Source of the DNA: Ramlibacter sp. | GTDB lineage: Bacteria; Pseudomonadota; Gammaproteobacteria; Burkholderiales; Burkholderiaceae_C | Assembly (NCBI GenBank): GCA_016713005.1 | Contig: JADJPY010000008.1 | Coordinates: forward strand, 1 to 64,000 | Direction: 5' to 3' | Length of the DNA stretch: 64,000 nucleotides | Shown: positions 54,767 to 64,000 of the stretch, in pieces | How the letters are laid out: the number at the start of each line of letters is the position of its first letter | Position numbering within the stretch: position 1 is the stretch's first letter | Notes under the pieces: model-generated | Database searches by the model: none | Told to the model about the DNA's origin: nothing | Seen by the model: the letters and a program-made list of their open reading frames with translations, nothing else | Program-made: the position numbers and the translations under genes

Positions 54767-55602
54767 GTCCGTGCCATGACTTCCACGCCGATGCCCCGGT
54801 AGCCCAGGAATCGGCAGGCCTGGTTGAACATGGGCTCCCCGCTGACACGGTACTGCTGCTGCGATCCGTCTGGCCTGGTGCGGCTGAACAGGAAATCCAG
54901 GAAAGGCTGGCGTGCGGTGATCATCGCCTGCAGGGCCTCGCGCTGGGCGCGGTTCCAGCCCGCGCCTTCGACGACCACATCGCCAACGGGCACGGTGTTG
55001 TCGTCGAAGGCATTCACCTGCAGCCCCAGCATCTCCAGCACTGGCCCAGAGACCCGGGTAAAGGCGCCCGCCTCGTCCTGCTCCCAGTACCAGTCCGACG
55101 CCAGCTCGGTCAGGCTGCGGTAGCGTGCCTCGCTCTCGCGCAGCTCGGCGGTGCGCTCCTGCACGACCTGCTCCAGCCGCTTGTTGTAGTCGTCCAGCTT
55201 GCGGTACAGCAGGCGCACTTCCAGCATGTTGCGGATGCGCGTCTTGACTTCCACCAGGTCAAACGGCTTGCTGATGAAGTCGCGCGCACCCGCCTGCAGC
55301 GCACGAAGCTTGTGGCCGGGCTGGGCCGTCAGCACGATGACGGGCATGTAGCGGTCGACCAGACTGGTCTTCAGGCCCTGCATCACCTGGAAGCCGTCCA
55401 TCCCCGGCATCTGCAGGTCCAGCAGGATCAGTTCGTACGGATCCCTGCGGTGCAGCGCGCACACCTCCTGCGGGTTCATGGTGGAGCTCACCCGGGTGTA
55501 ACCCGCCTCCTGCAACAGTTGGCTCAGCAGGGCGATGTTGGCCTCCTGGTCATCGACGACGAGGATGCGTGCCTGCAGGATGTCTTCTTCGGTTAGTGTC
55601 AT
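54763..55602 (-). CDS. Response regulator (REC) with C-terminal PAS domain
   Basis: VVDDQ...D(54)...KP motifs. Confidence 0.8.
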   Translation of the reverse strand: MTLTEEDILQARILVVDDQEANIALLSQLLQEAGYTRVSSTMNPQEVCALHRRDPYELILLDLQMPGMDGFQVMQGLKTSLVDRYMPVIVLTAQPGHKLRALQAGARDFISKPFDLVEVKTRIRNMLEVRLLYRKLDDYNKRLEQVVQERTAELRESEARYRSLTELASDWYWEQDEAGAFTRVSGPVLEMLGLQVNAFDDNTVPVGDVVVEGAGWNRAQREALQAMITARQPFLDFLFSRTRPDGSQQQYRVSGEPMFNQACRFLGYRGIGVEVMART

Positions 55603-57305
55603 GTGATGTCTTCGGTGGTTGCTTCCTGGTCCCTGTCCTGGGCATGTTTCAGTGCTGCGTCCAGTGCCGCCATGAACTGGCTGACCTTGATGGGTTTGGT
55701 GAGGTAGTTGAAGAAGCCCGCTTCCAGGCCTTTTTCGATGTCGCGCGGCACCGCGTTGGCACTCAGCGCCAGGATGGGGATGTGCGCAGTCTGGGGGTCG
55801 GCACGCAGGATCTTCATGGCCTCGATGCCGCTGATGCCGGGCAGATGGATGTCCATCAGGATCACGTCGGGCAGGTACGCCCGCGCGAATTCGATGCCCA
55901 CCTGCCCATCGGCGGCGGTCAGCAGGCGCAGGTCGGAGCGGCGTGCGATCAGTTGCTCCACCAGCTCCAGGTTGGCCGGGTTGTCTTCCACGTACAGCAG
56001 GGTGCGCAGAGGCGCACCTGCCGCCACCGGTGCCTGCGGGAGCACCAGCCCGGCTTCCGGAGCAGCAAGTTGCGGCGCCGTGGTCAGGGCCAGCTCGACC
56101 CAGAACAGGCTGCCCACGCCCACCGTGCTTTCCACGCCGATCATGCCCTCCATCAGTTTCAGCAGCTTGCGGGTCACCACCAGACCGATGCCGGTGCCTT
56201 CCTCGGCGCTGGCTTCCTTGCCCATGCGGTTGAAGGGCTCGAACAGCTGGTTGAGCTGGTCCGGCGACATACCCTCACCGGTGTCACGCACGCTGATGCG
56301 CACGGCGTCCGGCGGGCTCAGCGCGCATTCCACCGTGACGGTGCCCCCGGAGCGGTTGTATTTGACGGCGTTGAACAGCAGGTTGATCAGCACCTGCTTG
56401 AGCCGCGTGCGGTCGGCCTGCACATACCAGGGCGTGGGCAGGTGCGGAAAGCTCATGGCGATGCCGCGCTTGTGGGCCTGCGGCTCGATCATGGCGCGGC
56501 ACTCCAACAAGACCTCCACCAGCGACACCGGCTCGCGCGAGACGATGACCCTGCCCGACTCGATCAACGCCAGGTCCAGCACTTCGTTGATGAGTTCCAG
56601 CAGGTACCAGCCGGCCTTGAGGATCTGCTCCAGGTTGCGCCGCTGCCCGGGCGTGGGCACCGGCGTTCCGGTTTCCATGAGCTGCGCAAAGCCCAGGATG
56701 GCGTTGAGCGGCGTGCGCAGCTCATGGCTCATGCTGGACAGGAAATCCGTCTTGGCGCGGTTGGCCTCTTCGGCCGCAGCCATGGCGGCATTGAGCTCCA
56801 GCTCAACTTGCTTGCGCACCGAGTTGTCGGTGCCGATCAGCAGGTAACCGATGATGTCGGAATACGCGTCGCGCAGCGCGGTAATGGACACGATCGCCGG
56901 GAAGCGGCTGCCGTCCTTGCAGATGTAGGTCAGTTCGTAGATGTCTTCAATGCCGCGCGAGGCCTTGAAGGCCAGCGCCTCAAAGCCCGGGGTGATCGGC
57001 GTTCCCAATTCAAGGCTGAGCGCCTCGGCACGGGCCATCACCTCCTGCGGATCGTGTATGTCGCTGGGGTTGATGCGGTTGACCACCTCGGCGGCCAGGT
57101 AGCCCAGCATGCGTTCCGCCCCCACATTGAAGAGCTGGATGATCCCTTTTTCGTCCGTCGCGATGATCGAGAAATTGGCGCTGGTCAGGATCGCGTTCTG
57201 CAAGGCGCCCGTCTTGAGCAATGCCTGCTGGCGGTGGACCTCAGTGATGCCGTCTGCGGGATGCGCATCGTTGCCGCTGTCCGGCAAGGGATTCTTCCTG
57301 GACAT
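55599..57305 (-). CDS. Hybrid sensor histidine kinase (PAS-HisKA-HATPase-REC)
   Basis: MSHELRTPLN H-box, HATPase_c, C-terminal REC. Start at MSRKNPLP. Confidence 0.85.
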   Translation of the reverse strand: MSRKNPLPDSGNDAHPADGITEVHRQQALLKTGALQNAILTSANFSIIATDEKGIIQLFNVGAERMLGYLAAEVVNRINPSDIHDPQEVMARAEALSLELGTPITPGFEALAFKASRGIEDIYELTYICKDGSRFPAIVSITALRDAYSDIIGYLLIGTDNSVRKQVELELNAAMAAAEEANRAKTDFLSSMSHELRTPLNAILGFAQLMETGTPVPTPGQRRNLEQILKAGWYLLELINEVLDLALIESGRVIVSREPVSLVEVLLECRAMIEPQAHKRGIAMSFPHLPTPWYVQADRTRLKQVLINLLFNAVKYNRSGGTVTVECALSPPDAVRISVRDTGEGMSPDQLNQLFEPFNRMGKEASAEEGTGIGLVVTRKLLKLMEGMIGVESTVGVGSLFWVELALTTAPQLAAPEAGLVLPQAPVAAGAPLRTLLYVEDNPANLELVEQLIARRSDLRLLTAADGQVGIEFARAYLPDVILMDIHLPGISGIEAMKILRADPQTAHIPILALSANAVPRDIEKGLEAGFFNYLTKPIKVSQFMAALDAALKHAQDRDQEATTEDIT

Positions 57306-57437
57306 GCGCGGGTTCCCGGTAAAGCACTGAGCCTGTGCGCTGCCGCCGGCGCTGTCCGTTCGGTAGCGCACAGACGGGGACACTTTCGCCCTTCGCCAGA
57401 GCCAGCGGAGCCCCGCACCCCGGTGTATAACCGGCTC

Positions 57438-58721
57438 ATGCTTAATGGCATCTCCATCACGCCCCCGATGAGCCCGGCCCGAGCGCGCGAGATCGCCGCC
57501 TCGCTGGACCTGCGCGCCCTGCCCGCCGACTTCTACACCAACCCCTATCCGGTCTACGCGCAACTGCGCCAGGCCGAGCCGGTGCGCCAGATGCCCGACG
57601 GCAGCTATTTCCTGACGCGCTACGCCGATCTGGTGGCCGTGTACCGCGATGCACAGACCTTCAGCTCGGACAAGAAGGTGGAGTTCGCACCGAAATACGG
57701 GGGCTCTCCCCTGTTCGAGCACCACACCACCAGTCTGGTGTTCAACGATCCGCCGCTGCACACACGGGTGCGCAAGCTCATCATGGGCGCGCTCACGCGC
57801 CGGGCGATCGCCGACATGGAGCCCGGGCTTGTCACGCTGGTGGACAGCCTGCTGGACACCATCGAGGCGAAAGGCGGGGGCGACCTGATCGAGGACTTTG
57901 CCTCGGCCATCCCCGTGGAGATCATCGGCAACCTGCTGGGCGTGCCGCACGCCGACCGCGGCCCACTGCGCGGCTGGTCGCTCGCCATCCTGGGTGCGCT
58001 GGAACCCAGGCTGACACCGCAGCAGGAAGCCGCCGGCAACCAGAGCGTGACCGAAATGCTGGCCTACCTGCGCGAGCTGGTGCGCGAGCGCCGTGCCCGC
58101 CCCGGCGACCCGGAGCACGACGTGCTGACGCGCCTCATCCAGGGCGAAGGCAGCGACAGGCTGAGCGAAGTGGAGCTGCTGCAGAACTGCATCTTCATCC
58201 TCAACGCCGGCCACGAGACCACCACCAACCTGATTGGCAATGCACTGGTCTGCCTGCAGGAGTGGCCCGCCGAGAAGGCGGATTTGCTATCAAAAATGGA
58301 GCGGCTCAGCGAGGATCCACGGGGGCTGGAGGCAGTTTTGAACCCTGCGGTGGACGAATTCCTGCGTTTTGAGTCGTCCAACCAGCTGGGCAACCGCCGC
58401 GCCACGCGGGCGTGCGAGGTCGGCGGCGTTCCGCTGGAATCGGGCGCGCTGGTGACGCTTGGCATCGGCGCGGCCAACCGCGATCCGGCGCAGTTTGCCA
58501 ACCCGGACGTGCTGGACCTGTCGCGTCCGGACTGTCGCCATCTGGCTTTCGGCTTTGGCATCCACCAGTGTGCGGGCCTGAGCCTGGCGCGGCTGGAGGG
58601 GCGCATTGCCATCGGACGCTTTCTGGCTCGCTTTCCGCAGTACCGGTTGAGCGAGAGCCCCGTGCGCGGCGGTCGCGCGCGTTTCAGGGGTTTCTTGCGT
58701 GCGCCCTTCGGCGTGGCCTAA
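57438..58721 (+). CDS. Cytochrome P450
   Basis: Heme-binding loop FGFGIHQCAGLSLAR and I-helix NAGHETT. Confidence 0.9.
   Translation: MLNGISITPPMSPARAREIAASLDLRALPADFYTNPYPVYAQLRQAEPVRQMPDGSYFLTRYADLVAVYRDAQTFSSDKKVEFAPKYGGSPLFEHHTTSLVFNDPPLHTRVRKLIMGALTRRAIADMEPGLVTLVDSLLDTIEAKGGGDLIEDFASAIPVEIIGNLLGVPHADRGPLRGWSLAILGALEPRLTPQQEAAGNQSVTEMLAYLRELVRERRARPGDPEHDVLTRLIQGEGSDRLSEVELLQNCIFILNAGHETTTNLIGNALVCLQEWPAEKADLLSKMERLSEDPRGLEAVLNPAVDEFLRFESSNQLGNRRATRACEVGGVPLESGALVTLGIGAANRDPAQFANPDVLDLSRPDCRHLAFGFGIHQCAGLSLARLEGRIAIGRFLARFPQYRLSESPVRGGRARFRGFLRAPFGVA
58284..58304. repeat. Same family (TTGCTATCAAAAATGGAGCGG), in-frame inside the P450 gene
   Basis: Read directly. Confidence 0.65.
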
Positions 58722-58750
58722 ACTGCAACGCACAGGCCAGGAGACAACCC

Positions 58751-59113
58751 ATGGACACCAGCACCACCGCCGATCCCAACCCCAATCCCGCCCCGGGCGC
58801 CGCCGTCGACCCGCGCAGCTTCACCAGCTTCGCGCAGTTCTATCCGTTCTACCTGGGCGAGCACCGCAACACCACCTGCCGGCGGCTGCACTTTGTGGGC
58901 TCGTCGCTGGGTCTGGTGTTCCTGGCCACGATGTTGGCCACGGGCAACCTGCTGTGGCTGCTGGCGGGCCTGCTGTGCGGCTACGCCTTTGCCTGGATCG
59001 GGCACTTTGGCTTCGAGAAGAACAAACCCGCGAGCTTCAAGCGCCCGCTGTACAGCTTCATGGGCGACTGGGTGATGTACAAGGACATCTGGACGGGCAG
59101 GATCCCGTTCTGA
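58751..59113 (+). CDS. DUF962 (Mpo1-like) membrane protein
   Basis: SD AGGAGA. FAQFYPFYLGEHRN motif. Confidence 0.65.
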   Translation: MDTSTTADPNPNPAPGAAVDPRSFTSFAQFYPFYLGEHRNTTCRRLHFVGSSLGLVFLATMLATGNLLWLLAGLLCGYAFAWIGHFGFEKNKPASFKRPLYSFMGDWVMYKDIWTGRIPF

Positions 59114-59115
59114 AA

Positions 59116-59137
59116 CCGCTATCTTTTTTGTAGCGCC
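59116..59137. repeat. Same family (CCGCTATCTTTTTTGTAGCGCC) between DUF962 and yihY; carries the yihY TAG stop
   Basis: Read directly. Confidence 0.7.
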
Positions 59138-60312
59138 TCAGCAAGCCGGGACGCGGGCTGGAGGCCGTTTTTCCATATAAAGTCGGTTGATTCCGAGGGT
59201 GCCAGCAGCAGCCGCTGCGCCAGCGCCGACAGCGGGGCCTGTTCTGCGTCGGCCAGCAGCACCAGGCGGCCGTCTTCGAGACGCCCCACCCAGTCGATGG
59301 CGGCCATCGACTCCACCACCGGCTCCAGCTCCAGCGTGTCCACGTGCAGCTGGCGCGCCAGCAAGGCCATGTCCGTTCCCGCCTGACCCTGCTGCCTCGC
59401 GGCGTGCAGCGCCTGCAGCACCTCCACGCCCAGCTGGAACTGCCAGCCCGCGTAGCCGCCGCGGCGCGCCACGCCGCCCAGCAGGCTGGGCAGGTAGGCG
59501 GCGATCACCGCGCCCAGCAGCAGCACCACCCACACCACGTAGATCCACAGCAGCAGGATGGGCACCGACGCAAACGCACCGTAGATGGCCGAGTAGGTGG
59601 GCACCGCCTTCAGGTACGCGGCCAGCCCGGCCTTGGCCAGCTCCAGCCCGACCGCCACAAACACACCGCCCGCGAGCGCGTGGCGCCACTTCACCAGCGT
59701 GTTGGGCACGTAGTGGTACAGCGCGGCGACGCCGGCAGACATCATCGCAAACTCGATCACATTCAGCAGCGCCTTGACGCTGCCCGGCATGGCACTCACC
59801 ACCCCGCGCGAGGCCGACAGCGCGTAGGACGTCATCGCCAGGCTGGCGGCCAGCAGCAACGGCCCCAGCGTCAGCACGGCCCAGTACATCAGCACACGCT
59901 GCGCCAGCGGCCGCGGGCGGCGCACCCGCCAGATGGCGTTGAGCGTGCGGTCAATCGTCAGGATCAGCGAGATCGCCGTCACCAGCAGGAAGCCCACGCC
60001 CACCAGCCCGAGCCGGCTGGCCTTGGTGGCGAATTGCGTGAGGTAGCCCATCACCTGCTTGGCGATGGCCTCGGGGATCAGGCTCTCGGCCAGCCACTGC
60101 TGCAGCGTGCCCTGCAGCTTGCCGAACATCGGGAAGGCGCTGAACACCGCCAGGATCACCGCGAACAGCGGCACCATGGAGATGACGGTGGTGAAGGTCA
60201 GGCTGCTGGCCGTGTTGCCCAGCCGGTCCTCGCGAAACCGCTCCAGCAGCGTGGCACCCGTCGCGCGCCAGGGAAACGTCTTCAGGGCCTGCAGCGCGTC
60301 GTCCAGTTTCAT
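59119..60312 (-). CDS. YihY/BrkB-family membrane protein
   Basis: MKLDDALQALKTFPW... with six TM helices. Confidence 0.75.
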   Translation of the reverse strand: MKLDDALQALKTFPWRATGATLLERFREDRLGNTASSLTFTTVISMVPLFAVILAVFSAFPMFGKLQGTLQQWLAESLIPEAIAKQVMGYLTQFATKASRLGLVGVGFLLVTAISLILTIDRTLNAIWRVRRPRPLAQRVLMYWAVLTLGPLLLAASLAMTSYALSASRGVVSAMPGSVKALLNVIEFAMMSAGVAALYHYVPNTLVKWRHALAGGVFVAVGLELAKAGLAAYLKAVPTYSAIYGAFASVPILLLWIYVVWVVLLLGAVIAAYLPSLLGGVARRGGYAGWQFQLGVEVLQALHAARQQGQAGTDMALLARQLHVDTLELEPVVESMAAIDWVGRLEDGRLVLLADAEQAPLSALAQRLLLAPSESTDFIWKNGLQPASRLAEALQKR

Positions 60313-60333
60313 GGCCGCTATCATGCCACCACG

Positions 60334-60741
60334 ATGAGCGCGCCCACCCCTGCAGCCGGCACCCCCACACCCCAGGTGCAGCGCACCCGCAGCGTGGCCG
60401 TGGCCAGCCTGCTGGGGCTGATCGTGCTGGGCCTGTTGTGGGAGCTGTGGCTGGCCCCGGTGCGACCCGGCGGCTCCTGGCTGGCGCTGAAAGTGTTGCC
60501 ACTGTGCATTCCGCTGGCCGGGCTTATGAAGAACCGCATGTACACCTACCGCTGGCTCAGCCTGATGGTGTGGCTGTATTTCACCGAGGGCGTGGTTCGC
60601 GCCACCACCGACCGCGCGCCCAGCGCCTGGCTGGCGCTGGTGGAGGTGGCGCTGTGCCTCACCCTGTTTGTCGCATGCACCCTCCATGTGCGCCTGCGCC
60701 TGAAGAACGCCGCCGATGCCACCCCTGTCGCCTCTGCCTGA
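60334..60741 (+). CDS. DUF2069-like small membrane protein
   Basis: Four TM helices, 135 aa. Confidence 0.5.
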   Translation: MSAPTPAAGTPTPQVQRTRSVAVASLLGLIVLGLLWELWLAPVRPGGSWLALKVLPLCIPLAGLMKNRMYTYRWLSLMVWLYFTEGVVRATTDRAPSAWLALVEVALCLTLFVACTLHVRLRLKNAADATPVASA

Positions 60742-62149
60742 CACCCTGCGCCAGATCGTGGGCGCACCCCATGTATTGACGCACGACGACCCCGGCACGG
60801 ACCTCACCGCCTGGGAGCAGGACTGGCGCCGCCGCGTGCGCGGCCGCGCGCTGGCCGTCGTGCGCCCCGGCAACACGGAGGAAGTGGCCGCTGTCGTGCG
60901 GGCCTGTGCCGCCGCCGGCGCCCCGCTGGTGCCCCAGGGCGGCAACACCGGGCTGGTGGTGGGCTCCACGCCCGACGCCAGCGGCACGCAGGTGGTGCTG
61001 AGCCTGACCCGGATGAACCGCGTGCGCGCCCTGGACGCCGCCAACCTCACGCTGACGGTGGAGGCCGGTTGCATCCTGCAAACACTGCAGGAGGCTGCCG
61101 CCAAAGACGGCTTCCTGTTCCCGCTGAGCCTGGCGGCCGAGGGCAGCTGCACCATCGGCGGCAACCTGGCCACCAACGCCGGCGGCACGCAGGTGGTGCG
61201 CTACGGCAACGCGCGCGACCTCTGCCTGGGGCTGGAAGTCGTCACGGCGCAGGGCGAGGTGTGGCACGGCCTCACCGGCCTGCGCAAGGACAACACCGGC
61301 TACGACCTGCGTGACCTCTTCATCGGCAGCGAGGGCACGCTGGGTGTGATCACCGCCGCCACCATGAAGCTGTACCCCCTGCCCGCGGCCACCCTCTCCG
61401 CCTGGGCGGCCGTGCCCACGCTGGACGCCGCCGTATCCCTGTTGGGCCTGGCGCACCGCCACCTGGGCGCCGGTCTCACCGGCTTTGAGGTGATGGGCCA
61501 GTTTGCGCTGGACCTGGTGGCCAGACACTTTGCGCAGCTGCGCGTGCCGCTGTACCAGGGCACGCCCTACTGCGTGCTGCTGGAGGCGTCCGACAGCGAA
61601 TCCGAAGACCACGCGCGCGGCCGATTCGAGGCGCTGCTGGAAGCGGCCATGGAGCAGGGCTGCATCAGCGACGCGGTGATCCCCGAGAGCCTGGCCCAGG
61701 CGCAGCAGCTGTGGCACATCCGCGAGAGCATCCCGCTGGCGCAGGCCGAAGAAGGCCTGAACATCAAGCACGACATCTCCATCCCCGTGTCGCGCATCCC
61801 CGCGTTCTGCGCGCACACCGATGCGCTGCTGGCGCAGCAGATCCCCGGCGTGCGGCTGGTCAACTTTGGCCACCTGGGCGACGGCAACCTGCACTACAAC
61901 GTGCAGGCGCCCGAGGGCGGCGACGCGGCGGCCTTCCTGCGCGATCAGGAGGAGCGCGTCAACACGCTGGTGTTTGATGCCGTGCGGGCGTTCGACGGCT
62001 CCATCTCGGCCGAACACGGCGTGGGTGACCTGAAAGCCGCGAAGCTGCCGGCCTACAAATCGGCCGTGGCCCTGCAGATGATGCGCGCGATCAAGCAGGC
62101 GCTGGACCCGCAGAACATCATGAACCCGGGTCGGGTGCTACAGAATTGA
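60716..62149 (+). CDS. FAD-linked oxidase (GlcD / D-lactate / D-2-hydroxyacid dehydrogenase family)
   Basis: FAD-binding PCMH domain plus C-terminal FAD-oxidase domain. Confidence 0.85.
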   Translation: MPPLSPLPDTLRQIVGAPHVLTHDDPGTDLTAWEQDWRRRVRGRALAVVRPGNTEEVAAVVRACAAAGAPLVPQGGNTGLVVGSTPDASGTQVVLSLTRMNRVRALDAANLTLTVEAGCILQTLQEAAAKDGFLFPLSLAAEGSCTIGGNLATNAGGTQVVRYGNARDLCLGLEVVTAQGEVWHGLTGLRKDNTGYDLRDLFIGSEGTLGVITAATMKLYPLPAATLSAWAAVPTLDAAVSLLGLAHRHLGAGLTGFEVMGQFALDLVARHFAQLRVPLYQGTPYCVLLEASDSESEDHARGRFEALLEAAMEQGCISDAVIPESLAQAQQLWHIRESIPLAQAEEGLNIKHDISIPVSRIPAFCAHTDALLAQQIPGVRLVNFGHLGDGNLHYNVQAPEGGDAAAFLRDQEERVNTLVFDAVRAFDGSISAEHGVGDLKAAKLPAYKSAVALQMMRAIKQALDPQNIMNPGRVLQN

Positions 62150-62162
62150 TAGCGGCTTAGCG
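62137..62162. repeat. Same family (GCTACAGAATTGATAGCGGCTTAGCG); carries the FAD-oxidase TGA stop
   Basis: Read directly. Confidence 0.65.
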
Positions 62163-62207
62163 AGATTGGACGGTGGCTGCAGGCCGATTTGGCACTGAAA
62201 ATCGCCC

Positions 62208-63538
62208 TCAGCGCGCCAGCGCCCGTGCCAGCCGCTCCAGCCGCGCCCGGTAGGCGGCGGCGTCATGGGGACGGCGGGCAAAGCCGGTGTCGGCGGCGGC
62301 CTGCGCGACACGCGAAGACACAGCCACGAGCAGGCGATCGTCCAGCAGCGTGGGCAGCAGCTTGGCCGGGCCGAAGGCAGCGTCGCTGCGGGCCAGCTCG
62401 GCCAGAGCCAGCACGGCGGCCTTCTTCATCGCCTCGTTGATCTGGGGCGCGCCCACGTCCAGCGCTGCGCGAAACAGGTAGGGGAAGCACAGCGCGTTGT
62501 TGACCTGGTTGGGGTAGTCCGAACGGCCGGTGGCGGTGATGGCGTCCGGCGCCACGGCCATGACCCGCTCGGGCCGAATCTCGGGCTCGGGGTTGGCCAG
62601 GCCGAACACGACGGGCCGCGGCGCCATGCTTTTGACCATGGACTGGGTCACCGCGCCGGGGCCGGACAGGCCAAGCACAACGTCGGCACCCACCAATGCA
62701 TCGGCCAGGGTGCGGGCGGCGGTGTCTCTCGCCCATGCGGCCTTCTCGCCGGTGTCGCCCCGGCCGCTGTGGATCACGCCGCGGGAGTCGCAGACGACGG
62801 TGTTGGCCTTGCTCAGGCCCAGGCTCACCAGCAGTTCGAGGCAGGCGATGGCGGCAGCGCCTGCGCCGTTGCACACCAGCTTGACGTCCTCAAGCCGCTT
62901 GCCCTGCAGGTGCAGCGCGTTGGTCAACCCGGCCGCCACCACGATGGCCGTGCCGTGCTGGTCGTCGTGGAACACGGGGATGGGCAATCGCGCGCGCAGC
63001 GCCCGCTCCACCTCGAAGCATTCGGGGGCCTTGATGTCTTCGAGGTTGATGCCGCCAAAGGTGGGGTGCAGGCTGGCAATGATCTCGATGAGCTTCTTGG
63101 GGTCGGTCTCGTCGATCTCGATGTCAAAGGCGTCGATGCCGGCAAACCGCTTGAACAGCACCGCCTTGCCTTCCATCACCGGCTTGCCGGCAACGGCGCC
63201 GATGTTGCCCAGCCCCAGCACGGCCGTGCCGTTGGTGATGACGGCCACCAGGTTGCCCTTGGCGGTGAAGTCCCAGGCCAGGGCCGGGTCGCGGGCGATC
63301 TCCAGGCAGGGCATGGCCACGCCAGGCGAGTACGCCAGCGACAGGTCGTCCAGCGAAGCCACACGCTTGGTGACCTGGATGCCGATCTTGCCGCCCACGT
63401 CGTCGGCATTCTGGGCGCGGTGGTAGGCGAGCGCGGCCTCTCGCAGGTGCGCGCCTTCGTCCTCCGCGGCGGCCTGGAACTGCTGGTGCTGGTCCGTGGG
63501 GGTGGCTGTCTCGTTGCCGGCGTGTTGTTGTGTGGTCA
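62208..63538 (-). CDS. NAD(P)-dependent malic enzyme (malic-enzyme domains only)
   Basis: AYSPGVA and GAGAAA motifs. Start at MTTQQHAG. Confidence 0.85.
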
Positions 63539-63677
63539 TGTCCGGGGTGCTCTGGGTGAGGGAGGGGTATTGTCGCGCCGGGGATGGCTGTTGCGGCTGC
63601 GGGTTTCCACATGGCAAAGGCCAAACACCTTTGCCTTGCGCATAAAATTTGCGCAATCTGCATGGAGCCTATTGAGA

Positions 63678-64000
63678 ATGACCCAGCGCCCCGTCCGCTC
63701 CCAGTACGAAGACTTCATGCGCCATGTGTACACCACCGGCGCGCCCAAGACCGACCGCACCGGCACCGGCACAAAAAGCGTGTTCGGCTACCAGATGCGG
63801 TTTGACCTGAACGAGGGCTTCCCGCTGGTCACCACCAAAAAGGTGCACCTCAAGAGCATCATCGTCGAGCTGCTGTGGTTCCTCACCGGCAGCAGCAACA
63901 ACAACTGGCTCAAGGAACGCGGCGTCACGATCTGGGACGAGTGGGCCCGCCCCGACGGTGACCTGGGCCCGGTGTACGGCGTGCAGTGGCGCAGCTGGCC
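63678..64000 (+). CDS. thyA: Thymidylate synthase, N-terminal part (runs off the window end)
   Basis: [32 protein letters not shown]. Confidence 0.9.
   Translation, partial: MTQRPVRSQYEDFMRHVYTTGAPKTDRTGTGTKSVFGYQMRFDLNEGFPLVTTKKVHLKSIIVELLWFLTGSSNNNWLKERGVTIWDEWARPDGDLGPVYGVQWRSW

Noticed and set aside
55569-58721. 1050-aa plus-strand ORF
   Set aside because: Only the last 427 aa (from ATG 57438) are the P450. The upstream part is antisense to the histidine-kinase gene.

Overview
This is a high-GC (about 68-70%) betaproteobacterial chromosome segment that looks Comamonadaceae-like; the gene content is mostly housekeeping and catabolic. From left to right:

- **1-3300:** secreted hypothetical proteins, a DUF3592 protein and a LysR-regulated secreted hydrolase.
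- **4218-9509:** a complete SOS mutagenesis cassette, imuA-imuB-dnaE2, on the minus strand behind a perfect LexA box (CTGT-N8-ACAG), with a small XRE-family HTH gene just upstream.
- **10594-16172:** a compact plus-strand island, the main finding. It holds 9 closely spaced tRNA genes (Glu, Asp, Tyr, Arg, Ile-like, Phe, His, Leu, Gln), a tRNA 3' mini-helix fused to a 5'-damaged tRNA-Lys, a small Arg-rich ORF, an HNH endonuclease, an SPFH-domain::ClpP-like (SDH family) protease fusion, and the RNA ligase RtcB. The island is bounded by intrinsic terminators. Several of the tRNAs carry non-canonical features, and the isoacceptor set matches known targets of anticodon nucleases. I read it as a candidate tRNA-supply and repair (anti-ribotoxin) module.
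- **16200-64000:** ScoAB CoA-transferase, a PAS-LuxR regulator with a small K+ channel, a Hanks kinase-Usp fusion with a PPP phosphatase, an EptA-like phosphoethanolamine transferase, ETF-QO, two tandem TAXI-like membrane paralogs, a tandem glycine riboswitch in front of gcvTHP, a quinate/shikimate cluster with a TRAP transporter and TetR, aroC, phaZ, metY, a Crp / response-regulator / hybrid-kinase / P450 cluster, and a partial thyA.

A second unusual signal is a family of about 21-bp AT-rich palindromic elements (GCTATC-W6-GTAGC(GGCTCAG)), at least 10 copies in both orientations. They sit at convergent gene ends, where they supply stop codons, and also in-frame inside conserved CDSs (dnaE2, imuB, P450, MFS), where they look like 7-codon insertions.

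Three homopolymer-associated anomalies suggest local indel errors or genuine frameshifts: poly-G/C tracts inside the SPFH-protease gene, a 1-nt shift at the rtcB start, and a C6 run in a CBS gene. All coordinates were counted by hand and may be off by 1-3 nt.
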